In this document: in pieces, positions 1 through 4,451 of the stretch
Layout of the letters: each line of letters opens with the position of its first letter
Numbering within the stretch: the first letter of the stretch is position 1
From: a virus
Lineage: Duplodnaviria; Heunggongvirae; Uroviricota; Caudoviricetes
Reading direction: 5' to 3' (one strand)
Virus record (IMG/VR): IMGVR_UViG_2529292832_000008
Length of the DNA: 4,451 nt
Position numbers and translations under genes: made by a program
The notes under the pieces: generated by a model
What the model was told of the DNA's origin: nothing
The model's input: only the letters and a program-made list of their open reading frames with translations
Databases searched by the model: none

Positions 1-505
1 GGAGAAATAGGTGTTCTGTTTGCCGTTATCCGTTGTCTGTGTACGGGGAGTTCTGGCTTTCGGTGCCAGCATCTGCGCCACACCACCGAGGATCATACTG
101 GCCCCTGCCGCATACATGCCCGATACAGCCGCGCACCCAGCCAGCCCACAGGGTTCCACCATGCCACCGCAATAACGCCGCCCCCAGCACCACCTGAAAC
201 ACACCGCCACTTTTAGCTCCCGCCAGACGCGGCACGATATGGATCACGGCACCATTTGCCAGCGGCTCATTAAGACGGGCAGATAATTCGGTTTCACCTG
301 CATCACGCCCGGCAATGCGCACCTGATACCAGCCGTCATTCAGTTTCTGACGAAACGCCGGGAGCTGTGTGGCCAGCGCCCGGATGGCTTCGGCCCCCGT
401 TTTCACACGAAGGTCGATGCGGCGGCCAAATCGTTGCAAATCCCCGTAAAGGCAGATGCGTGCCATTCCCGGTGACGCCAGAGGGAGTGTGTGCGTCGCT
501 GCCAT
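1..505 (-). CDS. I: Tail assembly protein (lambda gpI-like), N-terminal ubiquitin-like domain; 3'-partial, with an apparent reading-frame discontinuity around positions 95-185 (possible pseudogene or indel error)
   Basis: Start ATG at 503-505, embedded in the 3' end of K (103-nt overlap), with a weak GAGG at 517-520. The N-terminal ~110 residues (MAATHTLPLASPGMARICLYGDLQRFGRRIDLRVKTGAEAIRAL...AKSGGVFQVVLGAA) look like a real beta-grasp/ubiquitin-like protein. The same frame then gives 49 codons rich in W/R/C/G (LLRWHGGTLWAGWVRGCIGHVCGRGQYDPRWCG...) and stops at 26-28. A different frame, open from 243 down to position 1, encodes ...GASMILGGVAQMLAPKARTPRTQTTDNGKQNTYFS, which looks like genuine conserved protein and continues off the window. 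The gene therefore probably extends past position 1 in that second frame. Confidence 0.7.
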
Positions 506-1146
506 TTGTCGGTATACCTCTCTCGTTTACTCAGTTGTTCAGGAATATGGTGCAGCAGCTCACCGTCGCCGCAGTAAATGGCGGCATGATTCGGCACCGA
601 TGAACCAAAGCAGCACAGCAGCACATCGCCAGGCTGCGCCTCTGTCAGTGGGACACGGTAAAAACCAGTCGCCTCCATATTGTCAAGATAGAGATTCTGA
701 CCGTGACGCCACCAGTCATCCCCGCGATAAAAATCCGGCATCTCAATCCCCGCCAGATGATAAGCATCCCGGAACAGTGTGTAACAGTCCGTCACACCGT
801 GCTCAAAGCGCCGCCCGGTGAGATGCGGCACACAGCGGAACTTATGAATCGTCCCCCGGCAGACCAGCCACCACGGCAAATCACTCTGCACCTGCAGCCG
901 CCGGTCGGCCTCACTCAGCCAGGGCAGACCACCGGGGTGGCTGTGGACCAGCGCCACAATCTCACCCTGCATTTCTGCCTGCAGCCAGTCTTCCGGCGAC
1001 ATACGGAAATACGCCTCCGGCTCACCGGAGATATTCGCGCAGGGGAAATATCTTTCCCCCTCCGGCGTGCTTACCACGAAGCCGCACGACTCCGCTGGCG
1101 CACATCGCCGGGCGTGCGCCAGAATCGCTGATTCTGTCTGTGTCAT
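403..1146 (-). CDS. K: Tail tip assembly protein (lambda gpK-like), two-domain JAMM/MPN metalloprotease + NlpC/P60 peptidase, 247 aa from the first ATG
   Basis: Minus-strand ORF beginning 5 nt after the L stop. Read from the translation: JAMM motif H-S-H-P-G-G-L-P-W-L-S-E-A-D (HxHx7Sx2D, residues 68-81) with an upstream glutamate in A-E-S-C-G (E20); NlpC/P60-like Cys in GVTDCYTLF (C121), His in PNHAAIY (H187), and a third polar residue in LLHHIP (H199/H200). An alternative internal start at Met49 (ATG at 1000-1002) would give a 199-aa product lacking E20. The last 103 nt overlap the start of gene I in another frame. Confidence 0.85.
   Translation of the reverse strand: MTQTESAILAHARRCAPAESCGFVVSTPEGERYFPCANISGEPEAYFRMSPEDWLQAEMQGEIVALVHSHPGGLPWLSEADRRLQVQSDLPWWLVCRGTIHKFRCVPHLTGRRFEHGVTDCYTLFRDAYHLAGIEMPDFYRGDDWWRHGQNLYLDNMEATGFYRVPLTEAQPGDVLLCCFGSSVPNHAAIYCGDGELLHHIPEQLSKRERYTDKWQRRTHSLWRHREWHASAFTGICNDLAAASTFV
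517..520 (-). promoter_or_regulatory. Weak candidate Shine-Dalgarno (GAGG) for gene I, within the K coding region
   Basis: Minus-strand sequence reads GAGGTATACCGACAAATG: GAGG is 11 nt upstream of the I ATG, which is longer than optimal spacing, so this is only a weak call. Confidence 0.3.
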
Positions 1147-1151
1147 GGGAT

Positions 1152-1850
1152 TTACTGCGAAAGTTTGTTAATGGAAAGGAAGCCGCCAAAGTTGCCGACG
1201 TTATTGCGGAACTTACAACCGCTCAGGCATTTGCTGCATTTATCCTTCGTGATATCGGACGTTGGCTGGTCATATTCATCCGCGACAGCCGGACCGCTAT
1301 AACCGCACTCGTCACCGCGATAGGTCCAGGTGCAGGTGTTGGCCAGCATGATACGTCCCGGAAAAACAGCGCCATCCGTTTCCGTCGGCGTGGACAGTAC
1401 AAAGGAGGCACTCACCGCGCTCAGTTCGCTGCACTGCTCAATGCGCCAGCGGCTGATCACCTCCTGCTCCGGATCGGCATAACTGTTTCCGTTGACGAAG
1501 TTCACCGCATCCAGAAAACGGGCGTAAACCTTACGCCGGACCACCGTTCCGCCGACCAGACTCTGCATATCTTCCGCCATCCCGGTGACCATACCGTACA
1601 GGTTAGAAACCGTCAGCGTGGGGCGCGTACTGGTGCCTTTGCCATTCAGTTCAAAACCGCTCCCCTGAATGGGATACGGCTGATACTGTCGCCCCTGCCA
1701 GGTGACCGGCTCACCTTTTTCGTTCTGCTCATTACAGAAAAAATAACGTTCTCCACCGACCTCTGTCAGGTCGATTTCCCAGAGCACCACGCTGGCCGAC
1801 TGCTCCGCACGGGTGCATTCATTCAGTGTTTCCTGCCGGATATCCTGCAT
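1152..1850 (-). CDS. L: Tail tip protein (lambda gpL-like), 232 aa, with C-terminal cysteine cluster
   Basis: 232-aa minus-strand ORF, the same length as lambda gpL. Start ATG at 1848-1850 is preceded by AGGTGGTGA (1855-1863). The C-terminal region carries clustered cysteines (C173, C182, and C-S-K-C-L-S-G-C at residues 205-212), consistent with the Fe-S-binding C-terminal domain reported for gpL-family proteins. Stop TAA at 1152-1154, 5 nt before the K start. Confidence 0.9.
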   Translation of the reverse strand: MQDIRQETLNECTRAEQSASVVLWEIDLTEVGGERYFFCNEQNEKGEPVTWQGRQYQPYPIQGSGFELNGKGTSTRPTLTVSNLYGMVTGMAEDMQSLVGGTVVRRKVYARFLDAVNFVNGNSYADPEQEVISRWRIEQCSELSAVSASFVLSTPTETDGAVFPGRIMLANTCTWTYRGDECGYSGPAVADEYDQPTSDITKDKCSKCLSGCKFRNNVGNFGGFLSINKLSQ

Positions 1851-2179
1851 CAGTTCACCACCTGTTCAAACTCTGCGCTGAACTCAACACGCAGCATACT
1901 GACCCGCGACGACCATTTTGCGCAGGTCACCTTTATCTGCCGCCACTCATAAGGCGGCGTCCACAGAAAGGATTTCCAGCCCCCGTGCTCTTCCAGAAAC
2001 GACTCCAGTACCGTGGCCTCCTCACGGGGGACAGAAAGCGTCACGCTGTACGTTTTCAGGTTGGCATTCAGCCCGGCAGGCGCTCGCTGGGAATAGCCAT
2101 CACCAAAGCGCACCTTTCTTACAGAAGGGACCGAAGCCACATCCATACCGGGTTTCACTTTCCAGCGGAAGGTCTTCAT
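1850..2179 (-). CDS. M: Minor tail / tail tip assembly protein (lambda gpM-like), 109 aa
   Basis: 109-aa minus-strand ORF (MKTFRWKVKPGMDVASVPSVRKVRFGDGYSQRAP...), the same length as lambda gpM. Start ATG at 2177-2179 overlaps the H stop (ATGA) and is preceded by a strong Shine-Dalgarno GGAGGTG at 2184-2190. Stop TGA at 1850-1852 overlaps the L start by 1 nt. Gene order matches lambda. Confidence 0.9.
   Translation of the reverse strand: MKTFRWKVKPGMDVASVPSVRKVRFGDGYSQRAPAGLNANLKTYSVTLSVPREEATVLESFLEEHGGWKSFLWTPPYEWRQIKVTCAKWSSRVSMLRVEFSAEFEQVVN
1855..1863 (-). promoter_or_regulatory. Shine-Dalgarno sequence for L (AGGTGGTGA), inside the 3' end of M
   Basis: Minus-strand sequence reads AACAGGTGGTGAACTGATG: a purine-rich SD-like element 4-8 nt upstream of the L ATG, with the M stop TGA overlapping the L ATG (TGATG). 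Confidence 0.6.
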
Positions 2180-4451
2180 CGTCCACCTCCGGAGAACAGG
2201 CCACCATCACGCATCTGTGTCTGAATTTCATCACGGGCACCCTTGCGGGCCATGTCATACACCGCCTTCAGAGCAGCCGGACCTATCTGCCCGTTCGTGC
2301 CGTCGTTGTTAATCACCACATGGTTATTCTGCTCAAACGTCCCGGACGCCTGCGACCGGCTGTCTGCCATGCCGCCCGGTGTACCGACATAACCGCCGGT
2401 GGCATAGCCGCGCATCAGCCGGTAAAGATTCCCCACGCCAATCCGGCTGGTTGCCTCCTTCGTGAAGACAAACTCACCACGGTGAACAATCCCCGCTGGC
2501 TCATATTTGCCGCCGGTTCCCGTAAATCCTCCGGTCGCAAAATGGAATTTCGCCGCAGCGGCCTGAATGGCTGTACCGCCTGACGCGGATGCTCCACCAC
2601 TGGCAGCACCGCCAATGGCGCTGCCGATACTCCCGACAATCCCCACCATTGCCTGCTTAAGCAGAATTTCTGTCATCATGGACAGCACGGAACGGGTGAA
2701 GCTGCGCCAGTTCTGCTCACTGCCGGTCAGCATCGCCGCCATATTCTGTGCAATACCATCAAAGGTCTGCGTGGCTGCACTTTTTACCTGCGACATACTG
2801 TCCGTGGCGCTCTCTTCCCACTCACTCCAGCCGGACTTCAGGCCTGCCATCCAGTTCCCGCGAAGCTGGTCTTCAGCCGCCCAGGTCTTTTTCTGCTCTG
2901 ACATGACGTTATTCAGCGCCAGCGGATTATCGCCATACTGTTCCTTCAGGCGCTGTTCCGTGGCTTCCCGTTCTGCCTGCCGGTCAGTCAGCCCCCGGCT
3001 TTTCGCATCAATGGCGGCCCGTTTTGCCCGTTGCTGCTGTGCGAATTTATCCGCCTGCTGCGCCAGCGCGTTCAGGCGCTCCTGATACGTAACCTTGTCG
3101 CCAAGTGCAGCCAGCTGGCGTTTGTACTCCAGCGTCTCATCTTTATGCGCCAGCAGGGATTTCTCCTGTGCAGACAGCTGGCGACGTTGTGCCGCCTCCT
3201 CCAGTACCGCGAACTGATTTTCAGCCTTCCACAAATCCCGGCGCTGCTGGCTGATTTTCTCATTTGCTCCGGCATGCTTCTCCAGCGTCCGGAGTTCTGC
3301 CTGAAGCGTCAGCAGGGCAGCATGAGCACTGTCTTCCTGACGATCGCCCGCAGACACCTTCACGCCGGACTGTTTCGGCTTTTTCAGCGTCGCTTCATAA
3401 TCCTTTTTCGCCGCCGCCATCAGCGTGTTGTAATCTGCCTGCAGGATTCTCCCGTCTTTCAGTGCCTTGTTCAGTTCTTCCTGACGGGCGGTATATTTCT
3501 CCAGCGGCGTCTGCAGCCGTTCGTAAGCCTTCTGCGCCTCTTCGGTATATTTCAGCCGTGATGCCTCAGACTCGGCCCAGTCCTTTGCTGCCATCTCTCT
3601 GGCCTTTTCAAGATCGGCCTGCAACGTGGCGGCTGAAAGCCCAAGTTGCGCATTCGCTCTGTCCTCCCATGCTCCCCGGAGATTGGCAAGAAATGCTGAG
3701 GTTTTACCGCGCCGGTGGCTCCGGCTCTGATACCACTGCCATTTTTTGTCCGCCTCATCAAAAGCCTTTTCTGCTTTCTCCAGCATTCCCTGGGCAGTGT
3801 CCGGGCGACCAATATCCAGCACCGAATCCCACATGGATTTGAATGCCCGTGCTGTCCTGTCTGCCCAGGTCTCCAGCGTGCCCATGTTCTCTTTCAGGCG
3901 GCGGGTCTGGTCATCAAACCCTTTCGTTGCGGCCTCGTTCGCCGCCTGCAATGCCCCGGCTTCATCTCCGGAACGCTGCAACTGAGCAACATACGCAATC
4001 TGCTCCGCCGTCACGTTATGGAACTGACGTGCCATCGCTGTCAGTCCCGACGTCGGGTCTGTGGTCAGCTTCCCGAAGGCTTCAGCGACCTTGTCCACCT
4101 CCACGCCGGATGCAGAGGAGAAACGCGCCACACTCTGGCTGATCGCCTCAAACTGCTCACCACCACGCACACCGGCATTCACCAGCGCCGTCAGTGACTC
4201 GCTGGTCTGGTTAAACGTCAGCCCTGCCGCCTGCCCGGCTCTGGACAGGACCAGCATACGATCTGCCGTCAGTCCCGCCTGATTGCCGGAAAGGACCAGC
4301 GTTTTGTTGAAATCGGACAGGGTTGAGTTGCCCTGATACCAGGCATACGCCAGCGCCCCGGTCGCCACCGCCAGCGAGGTGGCCCCCACCATCGGCAGGG
4401 TGATCGCACCGGCAAGCCCCCGGAACATGGGGATCATCCCGCCGAAGGAGT
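2176..4451 (-). CDS. H: Tail tape measure protein (lambda gpH-like), 5'-partial; N-terminus lies beyond the window end
   Basis: Single long minus-strand ORF. The track starts it at Met 4437, but the frame is open to position 4451 (codons upstream read ...S-F-G-G before MIPMFRG), so the real start is outside the window. The translation has a charged, coiled-coil-like central region (e.g. RLKYTEEAQKAYERLQTPLEKYTARQEELNKALKDG, QQRRDLWKAENQFAVLEEAAQRRQL) and a Gly-rich hydrophobic segment near the C-terminus (AMVGIVGSIGSAIGGAASGGASASGG, about 2560-2652), as expected for a lambda-type tape measure. Its TGA stop (2176-2178) overlaps the ATG of the next gene (ATGA). Position directly upstream of M-L-K-I matches lambda gene order. 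Confidence 0.9.
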   Translation of the reverse strand, partial: SFGGMIPMFRGLAGAITLPMVGATSLAVATGALAYAWYQGNSTLSDFNKTLVLSGNQAGLTADRMLVLSRAGQAAGLTFNQTSESLTALVNAGVRGGEQFEAISQSVARFSSASGVEVDKVAEAFGKLTTDPTSGLTAMARQFHNVTAEQIAYVAQLQRSGDEAGALQAANEAATKGFDDQTRRLKENMGTLETWADRTARAFKSMWDSVLDIGRPDTAQGMLEKAEKAFDEADKKWQWYQSRSHRRGKTSAFLANLRGAWEDRANAQLGLSAATLQADLEKAREMAAKDWAESEASRLKYTEEAQKAYERLQTPLEKYTARQEELNKALKDGRILQADYNTLMAAAKKDYEATLKKPKQSGVKVSAGDRQEDSAHAALLTLQAELRTLEKHAGANEKISQQRRDLWKAENQFAVLEEAAQRRQLSAQEKSLLAHKDETLEYKRQLAALGDKVTYQERLNALAQQADKFAQQQRAKRAAIDAKSRGLTDRQAEREATEQRLKEQYGDNPLALNNVMSEQKKTWAAEDQLRGNWMAGLKSGWSEWEESATDSMSQVKSAATQTFDGIAQNMAAMLTGSEQNWRSFTRSVLSMMTEILLKQAMVGIVGSIGSAIGGAASGGASASGGTAIQAAAAKFHFATGGFTGTGGKYEPAGIVHRGEFVFTKEATSRIGVGNLYRLMRGYATGGYVGTPGGMADSRSQASGTFEQNNHVVINNDGTNGQIGPAALKAVYDMARKGARDEIQTQMRDGGLFSGGGR
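2184..2190 (-). promoter_or_regulatory. Shine-Dalgarno sequence for M (GGAGGTG), inside the 3' end of H
   Basis: Minus-strand sequence reads TCTCCGGAGGTGGACGATGA: GGAGGTG sits 4 nt upstream of the M ATG, which overlaps the H TGA stop. Classic translational coupling. Confidence 0.7.

Noticed and set aside
26-505. Treating the 159-aa ORF as the complete, intact gene I product
   Set aside because: The last ~49 codons look like out-of-frame translation, and another frame carrying a conserved-looking C-terminal peptide continues past the window start. The gene is more likely longer and frame-disrupted or mis-assembled.
1000-1002. Internal Met49 as the K start (199-aa product)
   Set aside because: It would remove the JAMM glutamate (E20) and leave a ~149-nt gap after L in an operon where every other junction is overlapping or within 5 nt. 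The upstream ATG at 1144-1146 is preferred, though the internal start cannot be excluded without data.
367-1131. Plus-strand ORFs 367-603, 456-821 and 703-1131
   Set aside because: Antisense to K and I, with biased composition and no RBS. Rejected as artefacts.
1140-1952. Plus-strand 270-aa ORF
   Set aside because: It is entirely antisense to the well-supported L and M genes. The translation is Arg/Pro/Ala/Thr-rich with no recognisable motifs and no upstream RBS. Long antisense ORFs are expected in GC-rich coding DNA.
1223-3812. Short minus-strand ORFs nested in other frames (1223-1411, 2415-2639, 3072-3275, 3552-3812)
   Set aside because: These are alternative frames inside L and H. Their sequences are Arg/Pro/Trp/Cys-rich with no plausible start context, and nothing suggests overlapping genes here.
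1918-4282. Series of plus-strand ORFs (1918-2583, 2567-3085, 3031-3561, 3264-3842, 3715-4197, 3746-3985, 3843-4142, 4061-4282)
   Set aside because: All lie antisense within the tape measure gene. Their translations are dominated by Arg, Pro, Ser, Cys and Leu with low-complexity runs typical of out-of-frame or antisense reading, and the minus-strand gene fully explains the region.
4435-4437. Met at 4437 as the tape measure start codon
   Set aside because: The frame stays open to the window edge and the preceding codons (S-F-G-G) read as protein. This Met is internal, and the true start is outside the window.
1-4451. Search for CRISPR repeats, tRNA/ncRNA, IS elements, intergenic promoters or terminators, and Chi sites (GCTGGTGG)
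   Set aside because: No direct-repeat/spacer periodicity, no tRNA-like structures, no inverted-repeat termini and no intergenic space were found. The whole window is back-to-back coding sequence on one strand, and I found no exact Chi octamer on manual scan.

Overview
The whole window is one compact, minus-strand block of lambda-like siphovirus tail genes in the canonical order H-M-L-K-I: tape measure protein (5'-partial, runs off the window end), gpM, gpL, gpK and gpI (runs off the window start). Genes are tightly packed with overlapping stop/start codons (ATGA between H and M, TGATG between M and L), a 5-nt L-K gap and a 103-nt out-of-frame K/I overlap. There are no intergenic regions, RNA genes, CRISPR arrays or mobile elements. 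Plus-strand ORFs in the track are antisense artefacts of GC-rich coding DNA. The most notable points are (1) gene I appears to change reading frame inside its Gly/Ala-rich middle segment near C/G homopolymer runs, so it may be a frameshifted pseudogene or contain an indel error; (2) the K ORF starting 5 nt after L is 247 aa and contains the full JAMM metalloprotease motif including the upstream glutamate, which a shorter 199-aa start would remove; (3) K and I together form the predicted ubiquitin-like/JAMM/NlpC-P60 module whose biochemical role is not worked out. I see no inserted cargo or new system; this looks like a conserved structural module with a few details worth checking. Protein identities rest on my recognition of lambda tail proteins and on motifs read directly from the translations; no database search was run.
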